From assembly GCA_009914755.4 (NCBI GenBank), contig CP086569.2, forward strand, positions 20,928,001 to 20,992,000: a stretch of DNA of 64,000 nucleotides. Reading direction: 5' to 3'. The notes beneath the pieces are model-generated. The model did no database searches and was not told the origin of the DNA. It saw nothing but the letters and a program-made list of their open reading frames with translations. This stretch comes from the human T2T-CHM13v2.0 reference genome, Homo sapiens. A program made the translations under genes and the position numbers. This document shows, one piece after another, positions 15,770-28,960 of the stretch (position 1 is its first letter; each line of letters opens with the position of its first letter).

Positions 15770-18700
15770 AAAGAGGTGTTTAAAGTTCTTAGAGACCCTG
15801 CAAAGAGACAGACTCCAACACAATAATAGTGGAACACCATGGCTGGGTGCGGTGGCTCATGGCTGTAATCCCAGCACTTTGGGAGGACAAGGCAGGTAGA
15901 TCACAAGGTCAGGAGATGGAGACTATCCTGGCTAACACAGTGAATCCCCATCTTTACTAAAAATACAAAAAAATTAGCCGGATATGGTGGCATGCGCCTG
16001 TAGTCCCAGCCAACTCGGGAGGCTGAGACAGGAGATATGCTTAAACCCAGGAGGTGGAGATTACAGTGAGCCAAGACCACACCACTGTACTCCAGCCTGG
16101 GTTACAGAGTAAGAGTCTGTCTCAAAAGAAAAACAAATAATAGGACACCCTAACTCATCACTGTCAGTATTAGACAGAGCATTGAGATAGAAAATTAACA
16201 AAGATATTCAGAACTTTAACTTGTTCCTCGATCAAGTGGACCTAGTAGATATCTACAGAAATCTTCACTCATAACAACAGAATAATTCACCTCATCACCA
16301 CATGGCGCTTACTCTAAAACTGATGATACAATTCAAAGAAAAACAATCCTCAGTAAATGTGAAAGTACTGAAATCATAATGAAGAGTGACTCAGATGACT
16401 GCACAATTAAATTAGAACTCAGGAGTAAGAAACACACTCAAAACCATAAAACTACATAGAAATTGGCAGAAGATGAGAAATAATCAAGATTAGAGCAGAA
16501 CTGAAGGAGACAGAGATTGAAAAACCCTCCAGAGGATCAGCAAACCCAGGATCTTTTTTTTGACAAAAAGCAATAAAACATAGACTGCTAGCTAGACTAA
16601 TAAAGAAGAAAAGGGAGAAGAATCAGACACAATAAAAAATAATAAAGGGGATATCACCAGTGATCCCACAGAAATACAAACAACTATCAGAGAATATTAT
16701 AAACAATTATATGCAAATAAACTGGAAAATCTAGAAGAAATTGATAAATTCCTGGGCCCACATACCCCCTACCCCCAAGATTGAATCAGGAAGTTAAATC
16801 CCTGAATAAGCTCTGAAATTGGGTCAGTAATAAACAGACAGCAACCAAAAAAATCTCAGGACCAGATGGACTTACAGCTGAATTCTACCAGAGGTACAAA
16901 GAAGAACTGGTACCATTTCTATTAAAACTATTTCAAAAAATTGGAAAACATTAACTCATTCTATAATGCCAACATTATTCTGGTAGGAAAATATGACAGA
17001 GATCCAAAAAAAAAAAAAGAAGAAGTAGGAAAACTTCAGGCCAATATCCCTGATAAACATTAATGCAAAAATCCTTGATGAAATACAGGCAAACCAAACC
17101 CAGCAGCACATCGAAAAACTTATTCAAAACAATCAAGTTGGCTGTATCCTTGGGATGCAAGGTTGTTTCAACATATGCAAGTTAATAAATGTAAATTTAT
17201 TACATAAACAAAAAAAGTCTAAAATTACAAGATTATCTCAATACATGCAGAAAAGTCCTGTGATAAAATTCAACACCCCAGTCATGTTAAAAACTCTAAT
17301 AAACTAGGTAATGAATGAACGTACCTCAAAATAATAAGAGCCATTATGTCAAGTCCATAGCTAATATCATACTGAATGGGCAAAAGCTGAAAACATTCCC
17401 CTTGAAAACTGGCACAAGATAAGGATGCCTTGTCTCACCACTCCCTTTCAACATAGTGTTGGAAGTTCTAGGCAGGGGAATCAGGCAAGAGAAAAAATTA
17501 AATTGTATTCAAATTGCAAGAGAGGAAGTCAAATTTTCTCTGTTTGCAGATGATGTAATTCTATATTTGTAAAACCCCATATTTCAGCCCAAAAGCTTCT
17601 GAGCTGATAAGCAACTTCAGCAAAGTCTCAGGATACAAAATCAACATGCAAAAATTATAAGCATTCCTATCCATCAACAACAGACAAGCTGAGAACCAAA
17701 TCATAAGTGAACTCCCATTCACAATTACTACAAAGAGAATAGAACACCTAGAAATACAGCTAACAAGGGAAGTGAAGGACCTTTTCAAGGAAAACTACAA
17801 ACCAATGTTCAAGGAAATGAGAGAGGACACAAACAAATGAAAAAACATTCATATATAGAAAAAAATCAGTATCATGAGAATGGCCATACTGCCCAAGGTA
17901 ATTTACAAATTTAGTGCCTTTCCATTAAACTGTCATTAACGTTTTTCACAGGATTAGAATAATAGTTTAAAAATTCATATCGAACAAATAAACAGCCCAT
18001 AGAGTCAAGCCAATCTTAAGCGAAAAGAACAAAGATAGAGGCATCACACTACCTGACTTCAAACTACACAACAAGGCTATAGTCACCCAAATAGCATGCT
18101 GCTGACACAATTACAGATGCATAGCCTAATGGAAAAGAATAAAGATCTCTTAAATAAAACTCATATCTATAACCATCTGATCTTTGACAAACTTGACAAA
18201 AACAAGCAAGGGGAAAGAATTTCTTATTTAATAAGTGATGCTGGGAGAACTGGCTAGCCATATGCAAAAATTGAAATCTGGCCTCTTCCTTACACCTTAT
18301 ATAAAAATTAACAAAGATGGATTAAAGACTTAAATGTAAAACCCAAGATTATGAAAACCCTAGAAGAACAACTAGGGAATACCTTTTAGGACATAGGCAC
18401 AGTCAAAGGTTTCATGACAAAAATATCAACAGCAATTGCAATAAAAGCAAAGATTGACAAATGGGATCTAAATAAGCTAAAGAGCTTCTGCAAAGTAAAA
18501 GAAACTATCATCACATCATAACAGTAAACGTCAACCTACAGACTAGGAGGAAATTTTTGCAACCTATTTAATTGCCTGAGGTCTAATGTCCAGAGTCTAC
18601 AAGGAACTTAAACAAATTTACAAGGAGAAAAAAAAATTACAAAGAGGGAAAAAGACACAAACAGACACTTCTCAAAAGAAGATATTTATGTCCCCACCAA

Positions 18701-19430
18701 AGATATGAATAAAAGCTTAACATCACTAATCATTAGAGAAATGCAAATCAAAACGACAATGAGATACCATCTCACACCATTCAGAATGGCAATTATTAAA
18801 AAGTAAAGAAACAACAAATGCTGGTGAGGATGCGGACAGATAGGAACACTTTTACACTGTTGGTGGGAAGGTAAATTACTTTATACATTGTTGAAGACAG
18901 TATGGTAATTCCTCAAAGACCTAGAAGCAGAAATGCCATTTGACCCAGCATTCAGAGAAATATAAGTTATTTTATTATAAAAGTACATGCACATGTACGT
19001 TCATGACAGTGATATTCACAATAGCAAAGACATGGGGTTAACCCAGATGCCCATCAACTATAGGCTGCATAAATAAAATATGGTACACATATACAATGGA
19101 ATACTATGCAGCCGTGAAAAGGAATTAGATTATGTCCTTTACAGGGACATGGATGGAGCTGGAAGCCATTATCCTGAGCAAACTAATACTGGAACAGAAA
19201 ATCAAACACACATGTCCTTACTCATAAGTGGGAGCTGAAAAATGAGGACACATGGACACAGTGGGGGAACAACACACACTGGGGTCTGGGCTGGGGTAGA
19301 GGTAGGGAGAGCATGATGCATGAGGGGTTTAATACTTAGATGATGAGTTGATAGGTGCAGTAAACCAACATGGCACACATTATTCTATGTAAAAAAATGT
19401 ACATCATGCCCATGTACCTCAGAACTTAAT
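15770..19430 (+). mobile_element. Older 5'-truncated L1 (about 3.3 kb of ORF2 3' two-thirds plus 3'UTR), interrupted by a nested Alu
   Basis: Starts within ORF2 (..QVLRDPAKRQTPTQ** / DSNTIIVEHH, homologous to ..LQRDLDSHTLIMGDFN..). After the Alu it continues IGHPNSSLSVLDRALR.KINKDIQ... through RT- and Cys-rich-homologous sequence (..[19 protein letters not shown]..) to ...CATGTACCTCAGAACTTAATTTTTTTT. Divergence from L1HS is about 15-20%. Confidence 0.75.
15841..16140 (+). mobile_element. Alu SINE nested in L1 ORF2, with diverged ~15-bp TSD copies
   Basis: GGCTGGGTGCGGTGGCTCATGGCTGTAATCCCAGCACTTTGGGAGGACAAGGCAGGTAGATCACAAGGTCAGGAGATGGAGAC...CTCCAGCCTGGGTTACAGAGTAAGAGTCTGTCTCAAAAGAAAAACAAATAATAG. 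L1 text AATAATAGTGGAACACC precedes the Alu, and AATAATAGGACACCC follows it. Confidence 0.9.
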
Positions 19431-19562
19431 TTTTTTTAAAAGATATTTATTATCTATCCCTTTCCTTATTCATCATTGCCCATAGAGAGTCCAAAGGCTT
19501 CCCATGGTAGTGGGTGAGGTGTGAAGGGGCAGGTTATGCCTACTACCTGAGAAATAGAAGAG

Positions 19563-19609
19563 TTTATTATTATTATTATTTTTATTATTATTATTATTCT
19601 TAGAAAGTT
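19563..19609. repeat. (ATT)n/(TTA)n trinucleotide microsatellite
   Basis: TTTATTATTATTATTATTTTTATTATTATTATTATTC. Confidence 0.8.
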
Positions 19610-20224
19610 TATTTACAAAAGTTGTATTTACTTACACAATTTCCAGTTCTTATTCACTTATTGCCTTACCTACAGTTATTTTTAAAGTATGGAGTCAAAT
19701 ATACATTATAAAGCAATGTCTCAAAGTTGATTTTTTATTCTTGGTGCAAATAGCTAAAAATTGTTTTGATAGTACTTATTGAGTGAGCATTCATCTTCTG
19801 TTTGATTGATGAGGCCCTTCTCACTTCCTACCTTATTACTATGCATAATTCTGCACTATTGCTTATTTCTAATGATCTATCCCACACGTTATATCATTAC
19901 CACAAAATGCACTAAAATATTAAATGTATGTTTTCATTTCTTAGCAAATACATTTGTTTCATTCTTTTAATAGCTGTTCTCACACATTTGTTTATCCTAA
20001 ATATCTTTAGAAACAATTTTTTTAAGTTCCAGAATAGAGGCGTAAATTTTTCTTGGAATTGAATTTTGCTATAATTTAAATTGGAAATAAGAAAAAATGA
20101 ATAAAGTCTGTGTTTTTTAGATTGTGTTTCTACTCAGGATGAAGTACATTCAAGAAAATTGCACTTGCATAAAATATGGAAGGTGGTTGTTAAGTGGATG
20201 CTCTTCTCTCTGTGATGGTGATGG

Positions 20225-22400
20225 TTTTCAGCTCCATCAGGTCATTTAAGGACTTCTCTACACTGTTTATTCTAGTTAGCCATTCACCTAATCTTTTTCA
20301 AGGTTTTTAGTTTCTTTGCGACGGGTTTGAACATCCTCCTTTTGCTCAGAGAAGTTTGTTATTACTGATTGTCTGAAGCCTTCTCCTCTCAAATTGTCAA
20401 AGTCATTCTCTGTCCAGGTTTGTTCCAATGCTGAGAAGGAGCTGTGTTCCTTTGGAGGAGAAGCGGCACTCTGATTTTTTGTATTTTTAGCTTTTCTGCT
20501 CTGGTTTCTCCCCATTTTTGTGGTTTTATCTACTTTTGGTCTTTGATGATGGTGATGTACAGATGGGGCTTTGGCGTGGATGTCCTTTCTTTTTGTTAGT
20601 TTTCCTTCTAACAGTCAGGACCCTCAGTTGCAGGTCTGTTGGAGTTTGCTAGAGGTCCACTCCAGACGCTGTTTGCCTGGTTATCACCAGTAGAGTCTGC
20701 AGAACAGCAAATATTGCAGAACGGCAGATGGTGCTGCCTGATCCTGCCTCTGGTAGCTTCATCTCAGAGGGGCACCCAGCTGTATGAGGTGTCAGTTGGC
20801 CCCTACCACCAGGTGTCTCCCAGTTAGGCTACTCAGGGTTCAGAGACCCACTTGAGGAGGCATACTGTCCGTTCTCAGATCTCAAACTCTGTGCTGGGAG
20901 AACACTACTCTCTTCAAAGCTGTCAGACAAGGATGTTTAAGTCTGCAGAAGTTTCTGCCTCCTTTTGTTCAGCTGTGCCCTGCCCCCAGAGGTGGTGTCT
21001 ACAGAGGCAGGCAGGTCTCCTTGAGCTGCAGTGGGCTACATCCAGTTCCAGCTTCTAGGCTGCTTTGTTTACCTTTTCAAGCCTCAGCAATGGTGGATGC
21101 CCCCCCGATCTTTGCTGCCACCTTGCAGTTCCATCTCAGACTGCTGTGCTAGCAGTGAGCAAGGCTCTATGGGTATGGGACCCTCTGAGCCATGCGCAGG
21201 ATATAATCTCCTGGTGTGCTATTTGCTAAGTCCACTGGAAAAGCACAGTATTAGGGTGTGAGTGTCCTGAATTTCCAGGTACTGTCTGTCATGGTTTCCC
21301 TTTGCAAAGAAAGGGAATTCCCCAACCCCTTGTGCTTCCCGGATCAGGTAATGCTGTGCCCTTCTCTGTGGGCTGCACCAACTGTCTGACAAGCCCCAGT
21401 GAGATGAACCCAGTACCTCAATTGGAAATGCAGAAATCACCTGTCTTTTGTATTGTTCACGCTCAGAGCCGCAGACTGGAGCTCTTCCTATTCAGCCATC
21501 TTGGAACCACCAAGGACAGTTGCTCCTTTCTCCATTACTCTGTCCCAGGTTGATGGGGGTTTTATATCTATAAGTCCCTGACTGGGGCTGCTGCCTTTTT
21601 TTCTGTGATGCCCTGCCCAGAGAGGAGAAATCTGGCAGTCCAGCCACAGCAGCCTTGTTGAGCTGCAGTGGACTTAGCCCAGTTTGAACTTCCTGGCAGC
21701 TTTGTTTACACTGTGAACATAACACCACCAACTCAAGCCTCAGCAATAGTGGACGCCCTTCCCCCATCCAAGCTCAGGCATCCCAGTTTGATCTCAGACT
21801 GCTGTTGTGCTGGCAGTGAGAATTTCAAGCCAGTGGATGTTAGTTTCCCGGGCCCCATGGGGGTGGCACCTGCCAAGCCAGGCCACTTGGCTCCCTAGCT
21901 TCAGCACCTGTTTCCAGAGAAGTGAACAGTTCTGTCTCACTGACATTCTAGGCACCTCGGGGTATGGATTAAAAAAAAACAAAACAAAAAAAACCTCCTA
22001 CCGCTAGTTCGATGTCTGCCCAAATGGCTGCCCAGTTTTGTGCTTGAAACCCAGGGCCCTGGTGGGGTAGGCACCACAGGGAATATCCTGGTTTGTGGGT
22101 TGCAAAGACTGTGGGACAAGGGCAGTATCTGGGCTGGAGTTCTTGGTTCCTCAGGCTCGGTCCCTCATGGCTTCCCTTGGGTAGGGGAGAAAATTCCCTG
22201 ACCCCTTGCACTTCCTGAGTGAGGTGACATCCTACCCTGCTTTGGCTCCTCCTCCATGGGCTGCATCCACTCTCCAACAAGTCAAAGTGACACGAACCGG
22301 GTACCTAATTTAGAAATGCAGAAATCACCCACCTTCTGTATCAATCTGGCTGGGAACTGCAGAGCAGAGCAATTCCTATTTGGCCATCTTGATCAGTAGA
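20225..22400 (-). mobile_element. L1 5' end on the minus strand. It carries a ~1.9-kb 5'UTR made of two tandem homologous 5'UTR copies plus the first ~75-100 codons of ORF1. The rest of the element is missing (3'-truncated)
   Basis: The reverse complement of 22400 and below reads CTACTGATCAAGATGGCCAAATAGGAATTGCTCTGCTCTGCAGTTCCCAGCC..., an L1PA-type 5' start. A second start-like copy, GGTGGTTCCAAGATGGCTGAATAGGAAGAGCTCCAGTCTGCGGCTCTGAGCGTGAAC, is at about 21490 (reverse complement). The two ~0.9-kb halves are alignable throughout (..GCTAGCACA(A/G)CAGCAGTCTGAGATC(A/G)AACTG.., ..ATTGCTGAGGCTTGA.., ..AAACAAAGC(T/A)GCC..). The minus-strand ORF at 20288..20515, MGRNQSRKAKNTKNQSAASPPKEHSSFSALEQTWTENDFDNLRGEGFRQS..., is the ORF1p N-terminus. 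ORF1 homology fades by ~20225. Confidence 0.8.
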
Positions 22401-23837
22401 CCAGTATATTATTTTTAAATAACCATAGTGGATAAAAGTTTCTAATCAAAAGTGTCCAAAAATGTAAGAGAGAAAAAAAGTAAAAGTGTTGAAATGTTAG
22501 CATATCAGAAGGACTATTAGCTAATACTTTTTCAATTGTTTTGGTAATTCATAAGGATTAGCATAAAAGTTTATTCAATTCAACTGTGTACCTATAATTG
22601 AGTAGTTTGTGTATGTTCATAGTATCAATGAAATAGAAAAGGACAGAGTGCAGAATAAAGAGATAATTTCAAAAGAGTGAGGTCTCAGTATAGTGAGAGC
22701 ACAAATAGTGTGTATACTAGAAGGGTGAGACTGTGGATATGTTTATGTTTTTTTAATCCCTTGGTGTAGAAAATAATGCAAAGGCTGGTGTATCAAGAAT
22801 TTATATGTGATAGCTAAGGTTTATCCAGAGTAAGAGGATAAAATAAAACAAGAAAAAAGATGTGTGGTAAATTTGACTGCTAAAGAATGAATATTGATGA
22901 GGTAAGATTCTTTAGCTTTTTTTCCAGATACATATTTTTAAACTTCTTCTGTCATTAGGAAGAAAAATTTTTCCACTCATGTTATCGGACTCTCAGTCAA
23001 CACCTTTCTCCTTTTCCTCTAAATCTTCATACTCCTCAAATGCAGGCCTAAGCTCCATGTTGTGATCACCTTTCACTTGGCATTCACCCATGTAATGATG
23101 CTCCTCACTGCAGCATTTTTCTTCAGGCCTCTTTGAGTCCAATGTGATCATCTCAACAGCAGAAAACACATTCTCCAGTGAGCTTCATTATCAGAGGAAT
23201 GTTTTTTATTGTGAAAGAAATTCTTCCAGAATGTATTCTGTGTAGGAATCTTGTTACTTTCAAGTGCATACATGGTGATTCTCTTTTCCAGGCATACAGG
23301 CAATTTCAGAACATTCAGAACCAAACTCTCCACCAAAATGTCCCCAGAGAACAGAGCCAACCAGACCATTCTGTGCTGGTCAGTTTCTGTTTGATCACGT
23401 ACTGAGTGAATATCATTAGTTTGTCTTTTCTAACCATGTTGTGAGCCTACAACCCAGTCACCCTGGAAATTTGAAAGCTGATTCTCAATCTCTATGTACT
23501 GTCTGTCCTTTGTACAAATCAGTTCTGATAAAATAATGACAAATATTCTGTAAAATGTACATAGTGCCACTCATTTTTCATAAAGCTTTACTGGACAAAA
23601 TTCTTCTGAAAAGAAACTGATTACTCTGCTGTGAGTTAAACTATTCATGTAGCATATAGTTTTTTAACTGACTTAGGTAAAACACGTAAAGAAAAATTTC
23701 ATTATATCTAAATACTTTCAGTGCTGCTAGAGACTATTTAGTTTCTTTAGTTCAATGTCCACTCAGATTTACTGTTACTAATTCAAATCTTTTACTATTT
23801 TGTTTTTATTTTTAATTTTATAAAAAAGAACTTTTTT

Positions 23838-24132
23838 TCTCATTTTTTATTAAAGCTAGGATTTTGCTCTGTAGCATAGGCTGGAGGACAGTGGCACAAT
23901 CACAGCTTACTGCATCCTTGACATCCCAGGCAAACACGACACTCCCACCTCACCTTTCTGAGCAACTGGGACTACAAGCATGTGCTACCAAGTCCAGCTA
24001 ATTTTTACATTTTTTGTAGAGATGGAGTTTTGCCATGTTGCCCACTCTTCCCTGGAAATCTTGGCCTCAAGCAATCCCGCCCCTCAGTCTCCTAAAGTGC
24101 TTGGATTGCAGGCATAAGCCAGTGTGCCGAGA
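23838..24132 (-). mobile_element. Alu SINE, older and diverged (AluJ/S-like), on the minus strand
   Basis: The reverse-complement structure runs poly-T (23826-23850), then ..GCTCTGTAGCATAGGCTGGAGGACAGTGGCACAATCACAGCTTACTGCA..CCTCACCTTTCTGAGCAACTGGGACTACAAGCATGTGCTACCAAGTCCAGCTAATTTTTACATTTTTTGTAGAGATGGAGTTTTGCCATGTTGCCCA..GCCTCAAGCAATCC.GCCCCTCAGTCTCCTAAAGTGCTTGGATTGCAGGCATAAGCCAGTGTGCC. Confidence 0.8.
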
Positions 24133-25395
24133 ATTCTACATTTTAAGTACTTTTTAAACTTATTTTTCTTTTTCAAACATAATGCTTTTCTGAATTCAAA
24201 AATTTATATATTTTTTTCTGAAACTAGAAAAAAAATTTTACTGAATAGTTAATTTAAAAATATTGATTATTTTTATTTTAGAAGGATAAATCCCTATGAA
24301 TGTTGACTTTAATGATTTTAATATATCCTAGAGAAACAACTAGATTACATTTATTTTATTTCATTCTACTCTTCATATGTGTATAATTTTATTTGTATTT
24401 TTTATTAACTTTTCTTCTTTTAGTGTACTTAACTATATTGTGTTCAATATTCTGGTTCATTAATATTCTCATTGACTCAAGAGTAATCTAACATTTACCT
24501 ATATGTTATATATTAAGTAGATTAGTCACACTTTCAGTTGTTTATATTTGACTGTTTTCTAAATATGGCTTACTGGGCTATGGTTTCTTGATCTTTTCAC
24601 ATTGTTATTATTTTTCTGTTGCATTGGCTTGAACACATTGAATATGAGTCTTATAACTGGTGTAATATAAGTTGTAATTTGGTTCTCACTTATGGGTGAT
24701 ATCACAATTGTAATGTGATTCATTTACGCCTGATGCTTTTTGGTTTTCTCCATTTGCCTTATGGATGGTTGGACAACCCACATGGATTTGACATCTGTGT
24801 AATCATATCTAAGAGGATAACTTGTTTTGTAGTTTGACCACTTTCTTGATTTTTTTTTTTTGTTTACTTAGGTACCTAGAATGTTCTCATGTTTTTCTTT
24901 TAACTCTGTTGAGCATTTTAAAGATAGTTACAACTTTCTGAGAAGTTGAGCTTTTCAAATTTAAAAATTTTAGAATCTGTAGTACTTTTCCAAAAGGTCA
25001 AAATATGGAGAGTGCACACATGAGGAAAATATTTCACATTTTTAATAACATGTAACAGCGTGTCATGAGAAATTTCAAATATTTTATTTAGAACTCTTCT
25101 AAATATTCTGCAAAGTAATAATAATTTGTGGCATGGTTTTTTTATACTAGAAAATTGATTTTATATTTTTCACAAATTTCTGAAATAAAAATACTCCTCT
25201 GCAGAGAATAGCACCTACATATGACCAGAATTACTATTTTTCTCTGCCATTACACTAAAATTAGCAGAATTATTTACCTGAATTCAAGTTTTTGGCTTCC
25301 GATACTATGCTTCTTCTTTAACACTTTTCTGAGTTTATAAAAATCTCAATTTGAATTCTCTGTTTATTCATAACTTAATTTCAAAAATCATTATG

Positions 25396-25797
<402 letters not shown>

Positions 25798-26451
25798 TTA
25801 CTTATTGGTTACACATTAAAAATTACTGTTGTTATTTACAATTCTCAGAAAATATATTCTGCTTAGTTTCAGCTATTAAATTCAATGGCATATTGCAAAC
25901 TTAAAATATTTCCATTCAAATTACTTGTGTCTGGTATTTGAATATAATGGAGATCATTTGTGTATTGGTCAAAAACTATGCTCATTTGTTTCTATGCCTA
26001 ATTAGTTTATAATAATTCATGTTTATTTAGTTGAATAACAAAACAGTTAATTTCTATAAGTGCACAAAATCTTAATTAGACAAGAAGAATAAGATTTAGT
26101 TATCAGTTGCACAAAGTAATGAATATAATACATAATACGTATTGTGCTTTTCAAAATTGCTATGAAGAGTGGATTGTAAATGTTTTCAATACAAAAATTG
26201 TGAGGATAAGTGATAATGAATTTCTTAGTTTCATTTAATCATTTACAACATAAACTATCAAAATATGACACTCCATTAAAAATTTATACAATTGTTTTCA
26301 GTTAAAAAGATAATTTTTAAAAAGATATCAACTTTTTCATCTTTGATTTACCCTATTTAAACTTAGATATTAAGAATAGTGTTTAACATATTATATATGT
26401 TAAATAATAACTATTCTGATTGTCAAATTATATTTTATTCATAGCACTCTA

Positions 26452-27427
<976 letters not shown>

Positions 27428-27428
<1 letters not shown>

Positions 27429-28960
27429 GTTGTACCTGAAAGTGATGGGGAGAATGGAGCCAAGTTGGAAAACACTCTTCAGGATATTATCCAGGAGAAC
27501 TTCCCCAACCCAGCAAGGCAGGCCAACATTCAAATTCAGGAAATACAGAGAACACCACAAAGATACTCCTTGAGAAGAGCAACTCCAAGACAAATAATCG
27601 TCAGATTCACCAAGGTTGAAATGCAGGAAAAAGTGTTAAAGGCAGCCACAAAGAAATGTTGGGCTACCCACAAAGAGAAGCTCAACAAACTAATAGCAGA
27701 TGTTTCTGTAGAAACACTTCAAGCCAGAAGACAGTAGGCGCCAATATTCAACATTCTTAAAGAAAATAATTTTCAAGCCAAAATTTCATATGTAGCCAAA
27801 CTAAACTTCAAAAGTGAAGGAGAAATAAAATCCTTTACAGGCAAGCAAATGCAGAGAGATTTTGTCACCACCAGGCCTCTCTTACAAGAGCTCCTCAAGG
27901 AAGCACTAAACATGGAAAGGAACAACTGGTACCAGCCACTGCAAAAACATACCAAATTGTAAAGAACATCAACATTATGAAGAAACTGCATCAACTAACG
28001 GGCAAAACAACCAGCTAACATAATAATGACAGGAATAAATTCACATTTAACAATATTAATCTTAAATGTAAATGAGCTAAATGCCCCAATTAAAAGACAC
28101 AGAATGGCAAATTGGATAGAGTCAAGACCCATCAGTGTGCTGTATTCAGGAGACCCATGTCTCGTGCAAAGATACACACGGCCTCAAAATAAAAGGATGG
28201 AAGAATATTTACCAAGCAAATGGAAACCAAAAAAACAAGAGCTGCAATCCTGATCACTGATAAATCAGACTTTAAACCAACAAAGATCAAAAGAGACATA
28301 GAAGGCTATTACATAACGGTAAAGGGATCAATCCAGTAAGGGAGCTAACTATCCTAAATATATGTGCACACAATACAGGAGCACCCAGATTCATAAAGCA
28401 AGTTCTTAGAGAGCTACAGAGACTTGGCCTTCACACAATAATAGTGGGAGATTTTAACATCCTATTGTCAATATTAGACAGATAAATGAGGCAGAAAATT
28501 AGCAAGGATATTCAGGACATGAACTCAGCTCTGGACCAAGCAGACCTAATAGATTTCTACACAACTCTCCACCCCAAATCAATAGAATATACATTCTCCT
28601 CAGGAGTTCCTCGGACTTATTCTAAAATTGACCACATAATTGGAAGTAAAACACTCCTCAGCCAATACAAAAGAATGGAAATCATAACACTCTCTCAGAC
28701 CACAGTGCAATCAAATTGGAACTCACAATTAAGAAACTCACTCAAAACCGCACAACTACGTGGAAACTGAACAGGCTGCTTCTGAATGACTACTGGGAAT
28801 ACAATGAAATGAAGGCAGAAATATTTTCCTTGAAACCAATAAGAACAAAGGCACAATGTGTCATAATCTCTGGGACACATATAAGGCACTTTTTAGAGGA
28901 AAATTTATAGTACTAAATGCCCATAAGAGAAAGGAGGAAAGATCTAAAATTGACACCCTT
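27428..28960 (+). mobile_element. L1 ORF1 C-terminal half, inter-ORF spacer and ORF2 N-terminal ~300 codons. It is joined directly downstream of the ORF2-middle segment, a permuted order
   Basis: GTACCTGAAAGTGATGGGGAGAATGGAGCCAAGTTGGAAAACACTCTTCAGGATATTATCCAGGAGAACTTCCCCAACC (ORF1 ..VPESDGENG..LENTLQDIIQENFPN..). ORF2 starts at 28026, MTGINSHLTILILNVNELNAPIKRHRMANWIESRP... The segment ends ...GCCCATAAGAGAAAGGAGGAAAGATCTAAAATTGACACCCT at ~28960, and non-L1 sequence follows. Confidence 0.8.
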
